DNA from: a virus
Taxonomy: Duplodnaviria > Caudoviricetes
Direction: 5' to 3' (one strand)
Virus record (IMG/VR): IMGVR_UViG_3300028591_000096
Length of the DNA: 64,000 nucleotides
Shown: piece after piece, positions 50,055-60,982 of the stretch
How the letters are laid out: each line of letters opens with the position of its first letter
Position numbering within the stretch: position 1 is the stretch's first letter
Notes under the pieces: model-generated
Database searches by the model: none
Seen by the model: the letters and a program-made list of their open reading frames with translations, nothing else
What the model was told of the DNA's origin: nothing
Position numbers and translations under genes: made by a program

Positions 50055-52550
50055 ATGTCACAAAAAATTAATTTTGCAGACTATCCTGCTTCTGGTGTTT
50101 ATTTCATTGAGATTGATAATTCTATAATTTCATCATCCAATGTGCAGACTGCACTTCGTATGGCTGTTGGTTTTAATATGCAGGGACCTTTTAATCGTCC
50201 TGTTTATATTTCTAACACCGATGAGTGTAATAAGCTTTTTGGTCCTATAGACAGAAAGATGGAGCGTAGAGGATGCTGGACTAATAGAAATATCCGCACG
50301 ATGTTGCAGAAAGCACCTGTGTATGTAATGAACATGCTCAATGTTGACACTAGTGATAAGGAAAGCAATAAGGATACTGTTGGATATACACTGTTATCGC
50401 TTGATCCTAATATCGAATCGCATACAACAAAAGCACCATATGCTTATATGTATGACAGAACTCGTTTCTGGATTGCAGATGATGACGCATTTGTGGAGAA
50501 TACATTTATTAATGGATCTGATGAGATGTTGAATAGTAATGACAGTTCTGTTGACGTTGACTCAATTGAAAAGGCTGCTTTGTTCGGTATTTCAAACTGT
50601 GGTACAAGAGACATTTCTGTTATTGTTAGAAAGTCAGAAGTCGTTAATGGATATAATGTAACATTCCTTGATTACTATGGAAATCAGGACGATATTCCTT
50701 ATAAGTGGATCAATCCTAATGATTATGTATCTGAATATTTCGTTGATGTTATCGCTATAGCTGGTAACTGGGATAAGTCTAAGTATGCTTCATTTGCAAG
50801 TGATGTTGTTTGGTCTGGATATTTCTCAGAAGAAGGTCTTATGAAGGATAAACTTTCTAAGTTCCTTAGACTTGATGCTGTTAATATTATAGGAACTTGG
50901 ACTGGATGTATTCTTCCTAACTTCACTGATAAGCAAGGAAACATGAAGTCTATTGACTATCTTGTTAATAAAAAGTGTAATGAGACTGGTTTGATGTTTG
51001 GTATTAACCAAAAAGCTCTGGATCTTATTGCGCTAGATGGATCAACATTCTTCTATGATGAGGTTGGTGACGGTAAGTATGATGGAAAAGCTGGTGATAC
51101 AGTTGCAAACTTTATCCCAGACATGGTTGGTCATAAACTTACAACAGATGCTTCTGTTCCGTTCACATTTATGTCTTATAATATTTCTGAACCAGAGAAG
51201 TACATTAAGGTATATGAGACTGTTGATGATGAAGGTATTGATTCCTCTACACAGTTTACTCTTAGCGAAACAGATGGTGTAAATGTAAACATAGGTGATT
51301 ATGTTCGTGCTCAGAGTGGATTGATGACACGCATCATAAAGAAACGTGGCACACGTACAAATCTGAATGATGAAACTAGTGAAATTATCTATCGCTTTAC
51401 TGCTGTTGATATAGTTCTTGGTGAAAGCTCACAGATGAATATTGAGATACATAAGTCATATAAGAATATGTATGATACACTTACTTTGTTCGCTCTTAGC
51501 GGATTGAAGATATGTAACAGACATATGCCTGGATATGATAAGGATGGTAACATTGATCCAGAGGCTGGTGTAGAGAAGATCTATTCAATGTTGAATGACA
51601 AGGGTATACGTAGAGGTCTGTTGAATAATGATTCTATTGAATTCCGTTATCTTGTTGATACAATGGCTTATGGTCTTGGTGAGAATTGTGGTGGTAAAGT
51701 TCACCTTGCAAATCTAGCACTTGATAAGAAGCATTGTACTGCTCTTCTGAATGCACCATCTATGACTCAGTTCGCTCAGTCTGATGCTCCATTCTTCGGA
51801 GATGATTGGGATAAATCAATGGGTGATTCTCGTCCTACGTTTGATGTTGCTTATATACCACAGGGTGGTAATCAGGATCTTGTTTATCCTGACGATACAA
51901 AATCCTTCACCCTTCCTGATTTTGAAAACGGTGCAGATCATATAGGTGTATTCTCTCCATTCTTCAAGTATGCGGACGGACAGAGAACAATTCTTGTTCC
52001 ACCAGCAGCAGATGTATCTAACACATTTATGAACAAGTTTACTGGTGGTGATCCTTATAAGACTGTTGCTAACATGAATGGTATTATAAATAATGTTCAA
52101 ATTGTTGGTCTTGAATATGATTTCGATGAGACAGATAGAGGATATATCGAGCCATTCGGTATCAATCCTATCATTAATAGAAATGGAAACATTCTTATAT
52201 ATGGTGACAGAACTGCATATCAGATTGTTAATTCAGATTTAAGCTTCTTGCACGTAAGAGAATTGCTAAACACAATTCAAATTAGTTGTAAGGCTGTTCT
52301 TGATGAATATGTGTTCACTTATAATATACCTACAACTCGTGCAGAAATTATCACACGTATCAATCCTATCCTTAGCGCAATGAAGGATTCTGGTGCTCTT
52401 GTCAAGTATGAGATTGAATGTGATGATCTTAATAACGATAAGGAGGTTATCGATAATAAGTTCTGTATTGTTGATATTGGTGTTTGGGTTTCACAAAATA
52501 TGGAAAAGATCGTTGTTCCTATCACACTCAACCGTTCAACGACCGCTTAA
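50055..52550 (+). CDS. Contractile tail sheath protein (gp18-like)
   Basis: SGVYFIEIDNS, GPFNRPV, VPPAA, INPII, GDRTA, LHVRELL, CDDLNN motifs. Confidence 0.92.
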   Translation: MSQKINFADYPASGVYFIEIDNSIISSSNVQTALRMAVGFNMQGPFNRPVYISNTDECNKLFGPIDRKMERRGCWTNRNIRTMLQKAPVYVMNMLNVDTSDKESNKDTVGYTLLSLDPNIESHTTKAPYAYMYDRTRFWIADDDAFVENTFINGSDEMLNSNDSSVDVDSIEKAALFGISNCGTRDISVIVRKSEVVNGYNVTFLDYYGNQDDIPYKWINPNDYVSEYFVDVIAIAGNWDKSKYASFASDVVWSGYFSEEGLMKDKLSKFLRLDAVNIIGTWTGCILPNFTDKQGNMKSIDYLVNKKCNETGLMFGINQKALDLIALDGSTFFYDEVGDGKYDGKAGDTVANFIPDMVGHKLTTDASVPFTFMSYNISEPEKYIKVYETVDDEGIDSSTQFTLSETDGVNVNIGDYVRAQSGLMTRIIKKRGTRTNLNDETSEIIYRFTAVDIVLGESSQMNIEIHKSYKNMYDTLTLFALSGLKICNRHMPGYDKDGNIDPEAGVEKIYSMLNDKGIRRGLLNNDSIEFRYLVDTMAYGLGENCGGKVHLANLALDKKHCTALLNAPSMTQFAQSDAPFFGDDWDKSMGDSRPTFDVAYIPQGGNQDLVYPDDTKSFTLPDFENGADHIGVFSPFFKYADGQRTILVPPAADVSNTFMNKFTGGDPYKTVANMNGIINNVQIVGLEYDFDETDRGYIEPFGINPIINRNGNILIYGDRTAYQIVNSDLSFLHVRELLNTIQISCKAVLDEYVFTYNIPTTRAEIITRINPILSAMKDSGALVKYEIECDDLNNDKEVIDNKFCIVDIGVWVSQNMEKIVVPITLNRSTTA

Positions 52551-52576
52551 AATAAAAGAAAATAAGATTAATAGAT

Positions 52577-53209
52577 ATGGCAAATGATGGCACTGGATTG
52601 ACTTCCGTCGGACTGATGGGACTTCCTCACTTTAAGACATCTCGTGTTTCTATGGAGATGTACGAGCCTGTTTATCAGAACTTGTTTACTGTTGAATTCC
52701 AGCTTCCAAAGGGCTTGACTGGTACAGGCGGTGTTTCAGACGATGACAAGAACCTGTTACTTGAAGGTGTTCAGAAGGTTGATGGGTTGGATACAAACAA
52801 GGTTCCAAGCACAGCACTCCAGCACTATAAGTTCGCTGATCGAAGCTTTGCTAACTCTGGTACAGAAACGACGTATATCGATGTAAAGCTTGATTTTGAA
52901 ATTAACGTGCGTGGATCCGCAGCTGGATCTCCTGATATATACACTTTGAAGATTCTCAGAAGATGGAACGATCTTATATGGGATCCTCTTACTGGTAGAC
53001 AAGGGTTGAAGGTAAATTATGTAGCTCCTACTGTTACTGTAACAATACATGATAAGGCTAATCAACCTTTCTGGCAGTGGACTCTTTATAATGTATTCCC
53101 AACTACAAATCTTCCTGTTCCTCAATTGGAATATTCAAATAAGAATACACTTTATAAGGTTACTGGATATACGTTACGTTGCGACTATTGGGATGAAGTA
53201 ATGTTGTAA
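52577..53209 (+). CDS. Tail tube protein (gp19-like)
   Basis: Follows sheath; EPVYQNLFTVEF, RRWNDLIWDPLTG, NVFPT, CDYW. Confidence 0.85.
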   Translation: MANDGTGLTSVGLMGLPHFKTSRVSMEMYEPVYQNLFTVEFQLPKGLTGTGGVSDDDKNLLLEGVQKVDGLDTNKVPSTALQHYKFADRSFANSGTETTYIDVKLDFEINVRGSAAGSPDIYTLKILRRWNDLIWDPLTGRQGLKVNYVAPTVTVTIHDKANQPFWQWTLYNVFPTTNLPVPQLEYSNKNTLYKVTGYTLRCDYWDEVML

Positions 53210-53251
53210 TAGACAGACTTTAAACTAGTTACAATTATATTTTAATTCAAT

Positions 53252-53288
53252 GAAAATGAATCACATTACGTGGTTCATTTTCTTTTTA
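53252..53288 (+). terminator. Intrinsic terminator
   Basis: GAAAATGAATCAC-ATTAC-GTGGTTCATTTTC followed by TTTTT. Confidence 0.8.
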
Positions 53289-53340
53289 GTATATAATTTA
53301 ATCTCAGTGAGATTAAAAATAATGATATTGTGGTTTTTAA

Positions 53341-53348
53341 GATAAATA
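53341..53348 (+). promoter_or_regulatory. Class III late promoter GATAAATA
   Basis: Upstream of the tape-measure-like gene. Confidence 0.78.
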
Positions 53349-53370
53349 GTAAAATGTTTAGATTAAAATA

Positions 53371-56300
53371 GTGCAAAATACTATAGACATATTATCAAGT
53401 ATTAACATTACCGTTAAAGAAATAGCAAAATCTATGGCTCCACAAAATGGTTCTGGTGAAGCTGCTATGTCTAAACTTTCAAAAGGTAATGTTACTACTA
53501 ATGCTGATGTTAATCCAGCTGCTGATGTAGCAAAACCAAATATATCAAAAGCTAACATTGGTGATATAATAAGTGTTCTTAATACTTTATCACCAAGTGT
53601 TTTGAGTATTGCTAAGCTTTCAAGATCTAATATTAAGAGATTTACAAAGGTTCTTGATACTATAATTAAAAGTGTCAATAAGTTATCAGAATGTGCTAAG
53701 AACAATAAAGATGCTGTAGCTAATGTTAAAATAATAACCGAATCGTTTGATATACTTAATGATTCTGTTGGAAAAGGTTCTGGGCTTGTTGTTAAGGCTC
53801 CTATTGCTACGTTAGGATTAAAGTTGGCTAATGGTACTATAAAGGCTATAGGTGCTATACTCACAACTGTTTCTAATATGTCAAATGTTAATGGCAGAAT
53901 AAAGAAACTTAATAACATAACAAAGGTTATAGATCCTCTTATAAAAGTTGTTACAAAAGCTGCATTACTAGTTGGTCTTTGTATGGGTTTGGGTATTCTT
54001 CTTATGATTGGTCCAACAAAAGATTTAATTATAGGTGGACTTCTTGTTCTTGGTGCTGTTCTTTTAACTACTACTGCTATAATTCTACTAACTGGACTTG
54101 CTGGAAAATTAATAAAGGGTGTTGGTGCATTTGATGCATTAAAGGACATAATGGCACTTACGTTAGCTTCAATATTACTTGTCGCCGTATGTTTTGGATT
54201 AGGTATGGCAATAGAAGCAATGGGGGGCTGGAAATCTCTTCTGTATGGACTTGGTGTTCTTGGAGCTGCGTTGATAACGCTATCTGTTATATTCTGGATT
54301 GTTGGTAAAGTAGGTAAGGTTGCTACATCCGCAGAAACAATAAGATCATATGCTGGTATTTTTGCACTTACGATCGCATCAATGATACTTATTGTTGGTG
54401 CTAAATATCTTGGCGATTACGCCACTGAACATTATGGGTCTATATTGATCGGTCTTGGGTATGTCGTAGTAACGATGTTAACATTAGTTGGAATTGGATG
54501 GGTTGCAAACAAAGTACTTTCAACTGCAAGACGAGCAATGATATCATTAGCAATACTTGAAGGATTAGCGTTAGGTGCTATGGCATTAGTATTTGTTGCT
54601 AGTCAACTTTCAGATATAACAAAAGGGCATGAAGGTGACATCTTAGCCGCTATAGGGTTGTCAATGTCTATAATTGTTGGTTTTGGGGCTTTGGCTGCTT
54701 TGGCTGGAAAGTTACAAAAAACAATTACGTCTGGTGTTGTTGCTATTGCTTCAATTGAACTTCTTGCAGCTAGTGCTATTGCTATTGCTGGTATTGTTGT
54801 TGGATTGGATTATATAAAGACACAGAACAATATAACATGGGAAGATCTTTATATTGATGTTCTTGGTGTAATGGGAATAATTACAGCATTTGGACTTTTA
54901 GCTGCTGCCGCTAGCTTTATTCTTCCAGAAATAGTGCTTGGTGTTATTGCTCTTATGTCTGTAGAACTTTTAATGGTTGGAGCAATAGGAGTATCACATT
55001 TGCTTATAAATTTGCATAATACCATAACAGAATCTGGAATATCATTTATGGATCTAGAAAAGGATGTGCTTGGCATATCTATGATTATGGGTACATTCGC
55101 TGTTCTTGCTGGTGCTATGGCTTTACTTGCTATACCTATTGCATTGGGTACTCCAGGAATGCTTGCTGTTACTGGATTCTCTCTTCTTGTTATAGGTGTT
55201 GTTCATAGTATAATTAATATATCAAAAGCTATAGAAGAAGCTGGAGGGGCTGATAAAATAGCACAAACGTTAAGCGTTGGTGTTCCAGCAATTCTGAAAA
55301 ATATAAACTCTGACAATTTCAGTGTAGATATGGGATTCTTGACAATCACTAAGATGATTGCAAAATATGCACTTCTTGCTGAACTTGTTACTAGCATTCT
55401 TACAGTAGCAGAGTCTATATCAAAAATTGCACAGATTGTTGGAATAGTTGATGATGCTGGAAGAATTAGACAAATATTATCTATAGATAAAGAAACTGGA
55501 GAAGTAAGATATGGTGAACCAGTTGATATAAAGAATCTTGCTACAGTTATAGCCCAAACTGTAAAGGCTTTTGTTGAGAATAGTCAATATAGTTTTAAGG
55601 ACGTTCTAAATATGTATAAAGCAAGAGAAATATTTCAAGTATTATCAGAAATAACTGAGCCAGTATCAAAATTTGTAGAGATGCTTACTGGCTTTACAAC
55701 TGGGGGTGATCCAAATACGCTTGCAACTGTAACTATAGATGAAAAAGGTGAAATTAAGGTAGGAAAACCAGTGAAAATAAAGGATGTTGCTGTTGTTATT
55801 GCTGGTGCTATCTCATCATTTGTTTCTGAACTTTATAAAAAAGAGAATACAGAAAATTGGGCTGAGCTTATATATGGTGATAGAACATTCTTTGAAGGAT
55901 TGTTCGGTCAAACAAACAAAAGAGCAGACTCTGTTAGAGAGGTTGCTGGTGTTCTTGGTGTTATTGTTGAACCTATATGTAAATTTGTAGATATGGTTTC
56001 AAGTCTTATGCCAGGATCAAACGGAACTCTTAGAAAGATATTTATAGATAATGATGGCAAGATACGTATTGGTCCAGAAGTTAATTTAAAACGAACAGGT
56101 AATATTATCGCTGGACTTATCACATCTTTCGTAACAGCTGTGTATAAGAATTCAGATCAATGGAAGAATATAAAATTTGCTGGTGATATGTCATTGGAGA
56201 AATTATTGAAACCTCTTAATGACATGGTTAAGTCTGCTACTGAAATGTCTAGTGAAAAGATAAATGCAGATTTGATAAAATCAAATACAGATGCAATAGT

Positions 56301-56955
56301 ATATTTTAACAGTCAACTTGTCACATCACTATTATCTATAGATACAGAAATAGCAAATGGAAAAGTTGCTGTAATACAGTCTATATTGAATGTTGCTGGA
56401 GGAATATCAAATCTTAGCAGCGCAATAATATTATCTAACAGTAAGTCTATAGTTTCATTCATGACTAACGTTGTGGATAAGAAAATGCCAAAGAGCAAGC
56501 CTACTGTTGATGCTTTCACAAAGAGTATTGAAAATCTTAAAAAATCTTTCAAAAGTCTTGATACGATACTCATTAAAGATGAACATAAGAGAACTAAAGC
56601 ACTGGATGAATTTGAGAAGAGAATAAAAGAAATAATAAATACATTCAAGGATGGTAAATCCGCTATGGATTCTTATAATGAGACATTGAAAAATACTCAG
56701 AATTATAAGACGCCAGATTATATCCCAACACAACAGTCTTACGTACAAATTCCTTATGCTCCAACTCAACAGAATAATACTGTTAATCAGAACATTAACA
56801 ATAACAATAATGTTACATCTGATTCATTACAATTTGTTAAATATTTTGTTGACGAATTACTAAGTAGGGGTGTTAAGATCACACCAGATCAATCATCTGA
56901 TGCTGGTGGAATGCCAGTTAAGATAACTACTGGGTTTAAAATAACAGGGGGTTAA
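53371..56955 (+). CDS. Tape-measure-like protein with many hydrophobic helices and internal repeats
   Basis: 1194 aa, Ala/Gly/Ile/Leu-rich; lies between tube and baseplate wedge; late motif at 53341; GTG start. Confidence 0.55.
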   Translation: MQNTIDILSSINITVKEIAKSMAPQNGSGEAAMSKLSKGNVTTNADVNPAADVAKPNISKANIGDIISVLNTLSPSVLSIAKLSRSNIKRFTKVLDTIIKSVNKLSECAKNNKDAVANVKIITESFDILNDSVGKGSGLVVKAPIATLGLKLANGTIKAIGAILTTVSNMSNVNGRIKKLNNITKVIDPLIKVVTKAALLVGLCMGLGILLMIGPTKDLIIGGLLVLGAVLLTTTAIILLTGLAGKLIKGVGAFDALKDIMALTLASILLVAVCFGLGMAIEAMGGWKSLLYGLGVLGAALITLSVIFWIVGKVGKVATSAETIRSYAGIFALTIASMILIVGAKYLGDYATEHYGSILIGLGYVVVTMLTLVGIGWVANKVLSTARRAMISLAILEGLALGAMALVFVASQLSDITKGHEGDILAAIGLSMSIIVGFGALAALAGKLQKTITSGVVAIASIELLAASAIAIAGIVVGLDYIKTQNNITWEDLYIDVLGVMGIITAFGLLAAAASFILPEIVLGVIALMSVELLMVGAIGVSHLLINLHNTITESGISFMDLEKDVLGISMIMGTFAVLAGAMALLAIPIALGTPGMLAVTGFSLLVIGVVHSIINISKAIEEAGGADKIAQTLSVGVPAILKNINSDNFSVDMGFLTITKMIAKYALLAELVTSILTVAESISKIAQIVGIVDDAGRIRQILSIDKETGEVRYGEPVDIKNLATVIAQTVKAFVENSQYSFKDVLNMYKAREIFQVLSEITEPVSKFVEMLTGFTTGGDPNTLATVTIDEKGEIKVGKPVKIKDVAVVIAGAISSFVSELYKKENTENWAELIYGDRTFFEGLFGQTNKRADSVREVAGVLGVIVEPICKFVDMVSSLMPGSNGTLRKIFIDNDGKIRIGPEVNLKRTGNIIAGLITSFVTAVYKNSDQWKNIKFAGDMSLEKLLKPLNDMVKSATEMSSEKINADLIKSNTDAIVYFNSQLVTSLLSIDTEIANGKVAVIQSILNVAGGISNLSSAIILSNSKSIVSFMTNVVDKKMPKSKPTVDAFTKSIENLKKSFKSLDTILIKDEHKRTKALDEFEKRIKEIINTFKDGKSAMDSYNETLKNTQNYKTPDYIPTQQSYVQIPYAPTQQNNTVNQNINNNNNVTSDSLQFVKYFVDELLSRGVKITPDQSSDAGGMPVKITTGFKITGG

Positions 56956-56982
56956 AATAATAGGTTAATTAATACGAAATAC

Positions 56983-58845
56983 ATGGCAAAATTAGATTTT
57001 AAAATATTTAAGACTAACAGAATAGGATTGACGCAGATGTATGAAGATGTTGTCAATTATCTTAAAACTGTTTATGCTGCAAACGATAGAGAGTTTACAT
57101 CAGCATCACCATTTGCTCAGATAATAAACGTTACAGTTAATCTTGGTAGAATGATATTGTTTTATGTTGAGAATTCTATCACAGAGATGAACATTAAAAC
57201 TGCATATCAAGCGAGATCAATAAGAGGTTTGGCAGAGTTAACAGGACATTCTCCATCTCTTGGTGTTGCTGCAAGAGGATCTTTGTATATGACTTATAAT
57301 ATGTCATCAGAATATGAGGGGCAGACAATATATATTAAGAATTACACAAAGATAACAAACGGATCAAACGGATTAACATATCTTGCTATTTTTCCACAAA
57401 ATACTATGCAGATAACTGTTGGGGCTTATGACTCAAAGGTTGAGATTCCTATAATACAGGGTGAGCTTAAATATCAGCAAGGTACTGGAACAGGAGAAGC
57501 TTTACAGTCATTTAATTTTGCGAACAAAAGAGATTCTATTATAGATGATTTCTTCCTAAACATATATGTTAATGGTAAGAGATGGGAAACGGTAAAATCA
57601 ATACTTGACATGGGATATGAGCAAGAGGCTTGTATTGTAAGAACAAGTATGAATGGTGGGATAGATGTTTTCTTTGGTACAGGAAACAACGGAAAGATCC
57701 CTGTTCTTGGTTCAACTATATTATGTGAATATATTGTTTGCAATGGATATAATGGAAATGTTGAACAGGTTGGTGATGAGAATTATTGGAGTTTTGCTGA
57801 TGGTGGATATGATATTAATAATGATTATGTTGATCTTAATAGCATATATAAATTATCATCTTCTTCTGATGTTTTATTTGGGTCTGATGGTGAAAGTATA
57901 GAGATGACAAGACAGCTTGCTCCTCACGCATCAAGAAATTTTGTTTTTGCGAATGTTGAAAATTATAAAACATTCTTGTCAAAATTGAATCTTTTTTCTA
58001 TAGTAGATGTGTTTTCAGGGTTTAACACAAAGGAAGATATAAAAATAGAAGAAGAATACACAACAAAGAAAGTAGAATATAATACTAAAAAGCAACTTTA
58101 CCATGATCAGGTTTCGCTTACTGGAATATCATCAAAGGAATCTCAAGATATACTTAACGAATTAAATAATTTGAAACTTGAGATTGATGCTCTTAGAATA
58201 AAATATGATGAATCTAAACTTGATGATAACGTGATATATTTGTATCTTATTCCAGATATAACAAAGAGACTTGGTGTAGGGGAAAACTATTTTACATGTT
58301 CAGAAGATAGATTCAAATTAACAGAAGATGAGAAATCCAATATTATAGAATTAATAGATAATTCTGGGCAAAAAATAATAACAGTTGATAATCAAATTAT
58401 AGATCCAGTTTATGTTAAGTTTGCAATGAACATATTTATACAGATGTGGAGTAATTATGATTTTAACTCAGTAAAAAGTTCAATTGTATCGAGTGTTTCT
58501 GATTATCTTATATCAAATGTTAGACGTGACAGAATACCAGTATCTGACATAATACGTATAGTTGAGTCTGTTGACGGAGTTGATTCTGTATCTGTATTCT
58601 TTGATGCTGACAAAAACAATCAGAATTATTTTGGAAAAGGTAAATATGGTATAGACCAATATGGCGATATAGTTCTTCAACGAAGTGTAACTGATAGGTT
58701 AGGTAACATGCTTGACATAAATGATATACAACCTCTATTCAGAGGAGGATTTACGTCAATGAATGATGTATATTATGAAGATGATTTGAATTCTATAGTT
58801 GGTCCTATAAATATAACATTGAGGGGCAAAACAAATATAAAATAA
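56983..58845 (+). CDS. Baseplate wedge protein (gp6-like)
   Basis: TAYQARSIRGLAELTG, IIQGE, VFFGTGNNGKIP, GSDGESIEMTRQLAP, VESVDGV motifs. Confidence 0.85.
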   Translation: MAKLDFKIFKTNRIGLTQMYEDVVNYLKTVYAANDREFTSASPFAQIINVTVNLGRMILFYVENSITEMNIKTAYQARSIRGLAELTGHSPSLGVAARGSLYMTYNMSSEYEGQTIYIKNYTKITNGSNGLTYLAIFPQNTMQITVGAYDSKVEIPIIQGELKYQQGTGTGEALQSFNFANKRDSIIDDFFLNIYVNGKRWETVKSILDMGYEQEACIVRTSMNGGIDVFFGTGNNGKIPVLGSTILCEYIVCNGYNGNVEQVGDENYWSFADGGYDINNDYVDLNSIYKLSSSSDVLFGSDGESIEMTRQLAPHASRNFVFANVENYKTFLSKLNLFSIVDVFSGFNTKEDIKIEEEYTTKKVEYNTKKQLYHDQVSLTGISSKESQDILNELNNLKLEIDALRIKYDESKLDDNVIYLYLIPDITKRLGVGENYFTCSEDRFKLTEDEKSNIIELIDNSGQKIITVDNQIIDPVYVKFAMNIFIQMWSNYDFNSVKSSIVSSVSDYLISNVRRDRIPVSDIIRIVESVDGVDSVSVFFDADKNNQNYFGKGKYGIDQYGDIVLQRSVTDRLGNMLDINDIQPLFRGGFTSMNDVYYEDDLNSIVGPINITLRGKTNIK

Positions 58846-58872
58846 AGCTGGGTTGAAATATCCAGATTTCTT

Positions 58873-58909
58873 TTTAATCGTTTTTTAAAAATATGCGTAT
58901 AATAATATA
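58873..58909 (+). promoter_or_regulatory. Class II bipartite promoter
   Basis: TTTAAT-N18-GTATAATAATATA. Confidence 0.65.
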
Positions 58910-58968
58910 AGAACTAACAAAAAACAACTTTATCATAAACAAAAATATTTTTCTGGTATGAAATATAA

Positions 58969-58983
58969 GTTGTATATTTGCAA
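58969..58983 (+). promoter_or_regulatory. Class I promoter
   Basis: GTTGTATATTTGCAA. Confidence 0.8.
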
Positions 58984-59022
58984 CAGGTAACAATATGTTT
59001 CACTTTTTTAAAAATTTTTTAA

Positions 59023-59901
59023 ATGACGTTAAAACTAAATTTAAATGGAAGTGCCGATCCATTTATTAATTATTTGAAGAGCTATCTCAGAATTAGAGAA
59101 TCGCTTCTTCTTGAAATCGACACAAATCTACGTGCATTCGTAGCAAAAACGTTTACAGAAGACAAATCGTCTATTAGGTTCTCTTCTATTTCTTTTGATG
59201 ATGCAAACATGTCAATTGTATCTGATAATGGTGAAGACGAAAGAAATGGATCGAGAATTAAAGTTGGTATTCTTATTCAGCTTAAGAAGTTTATTCAGAT
59301 CGTTGAAAGACTTGGTTCTGATATGAATGAGAAAGGCGAGTCTAATTTCAATATTGAAATTGATTATGAGCCTTTCCAAAATAAAAACGACAAGTCTGTT
59401 GATTTTGTAACTACATCAATTTCATTTAATTCAGAAATTCTGAAGATGAGAATGGACGGATTTCGTGTTTCAGAATTAACTTATCTTTCTGATGATACAT
59501 TTAAGAATGTTGTGTTTAATGCAACAGATGCGGTATCTATTGAAATTAGTTCATCAACAATTAATTCAATCATAAAAACTTCTGATATTGTTAAGATTGA
59601 TGTAAGAAAGGATGCTCTTGTTTTCTATAACGAGGATAAGATTCTTTATGTTAAAGATAGAGGCGTTGGATCTGAGAAGAAATCTAACTTCGTATATAAG
59701 ATTGGAGAACTTGACACTGAACCTCTTTATCCTATTAATATTCCAGTTACAAGAGATCGTTTCCTGAAGATGCTTGATAAATCTGATGAGAATTTTAAGA
59801 TCATTATTGGAAAAAACACAATAGATGGTAGTGTTGATCGTGTTCTTTTTGATGCGGTGAATTCAACAACAAAGATTGTTATTGCTGCAATGAATGAATA
59901 A
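59023..59901 (+). CDS. Possible sliding clamp (gp45-like)
   Basis: N-terminal FINYLKSYLRIRESLLLEI resembles the gp45 start; size and alpha/beta pattern fit; weak evidence. Confidence 0.4.
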   Translation: MTLKLNLNGSADPFINYLKSYLRIRESLLLEIDTNLRAFVAKTFTEDKSSIRFSSISFDDANMSIVSDNGEDERNGSRIKVGILIQLKKFIQIVERLGSDMNEKGESNFNIEIDYEPFQNKNDKSVDFVTTSISFNSEILKMRMDGFRVSELTYLSDDTFKNVVFNATDAVSIEISSSTINSIIKTSDIVKIDVRKDALVFYNEDKILYVKDRGVGSEKKSNFVYKIGELDTEPLYPINIPVTRDRFLKMLDKSDENFKIIIGKNTIDGSVDRVLFDAVNSTTKIVIAAMNE

Positions 59902-59935
59902 TTAATTATATTGTTTTACTTTAAATATTATATAA

Positions 59936-60982
59936 ATGGTACATACAAAGTATACTGATATACAGTCAGATTCGAATTTTGATTGGTCTCTGTATGAAAA
60001 CGGTTATAATGGGAAAAACCTAGTTCCTAATCGTAGTGTAAAAACAAATAATGGAGATGTTGTATATCGCAATGAGCCTTATGCACAGGAACTTTACGAT
60101 AGAATGGAGGCTAATTTCAGCGGACAGGTTTATACACCAAAGGATCAGATTACGGGATCTATTTATAATGTAAAATCTATCACACAGGTATCAGATCACG
60201 AGGTTCTTCTTGATACATTTGGAGGAATGTCTGCCGTTGTTGATATGAACAAAGAACATCAATTCATTGACTCTATTGGCTGCGGTAATGTAAAGAATTT
60301 TATGCTGGCATTGAAGGATCCAGAGTCTAAGGAGATTATTCTTCAACGGGCAAGAACAGCAAAGGTTGTTGAAAACCGTGTTTCTATTTGGGAGGGAGTT
60401 CGAGCAAACATCGAATATGACTTCATGGAACAAGTTAAGAGTGGAAATCCTAGTTATGGATATGCTGCTACAATACTCTCTGTAAATAACGGCGGATATA
60501 CCGTTGATATTAACGGAATCAAGTGCTTCCTTCCTGGTTCACTTGCTGCAAGCGGTCCTATTACAGATTTTGATGCACTTGTTGGTAAGACTGTAAATGT
60601 TTGTGTTGTTAACTTCTCTAAGCAGACGAATAACTTCGTTGTTTCACACAAGAAGTATCTTGAACTTACACTTCCTTCTCGTGTTGAGAATGAACTTACT
60701 CCTGGATTGAGAGTTAATGTTCGTGTTACTGGTCAATCTAAGAATGGATTATTCTGTGCTATTCGTGATGCACACGGTGATTATCCTTTCGCTAGCTTGA
60801 TGCATAGAAGCACAATGTCACCAGATATGGAGAGCAGCTTTGATAAAGGTGAGTATATTGTAGGCGATATGTTTATGGCATACGTACATCGTATTGACTG
60901 GACAGAAGATGGCAAATATCGCATCGTGATTGGCGATCAAATGCCAAAGAACGTTTCAGCAGAAAAAGAAACAGAGGAATAA
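59936..60982 (+). CDS. Ribosomal protein bS1-like multi-S1-domain protein
   Basis: NNGGYTVDINGIKCFLPGSL...LVGKTVNVCVVN...NNFVVSHKKYLE closely follows bS1 domain 2; flanked by two more S1-like domains. Confidence 0.78.
   Translation: MVHTKYTDIQSDSNFDWSLYENGYNGKNLVPNRSVKTNNGDVVYRNEPYAQELYDRMEANFSGQVYTPKDQITGSIYNVKSITQVSDHEVLLDTFGGMSAVVDMNKEHQFIDSIGCGNVKNFMLALKDPESKEIILQRARTAKVVENRVSIWEGVRANIEYDFMEQVKSGNPSYGYAATILSVNNGGYTVDINGIKCFLPGSLAASGPITDFDALVGKTVNVCVVNFSKQTNNFVVSHKKYLELTLPSRVENELTPGLRVNVRVTGQSKNGLFCAIRDAHGDYPFASLMHRSTMSPDMESSFDKGEYIVGDMFMAYVHRIDWTEDGKYRIVIGDQMPKNVSAEKETEE

Noticed and set aside
53358-54149. 263-aa antisense ORF and the many other short antisense/overlapping ORFs in the track
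   Set aside because: They lie opposite or inside well-supported genes, lack motifs or promoters, and are explained by codon bias of the sense gene.
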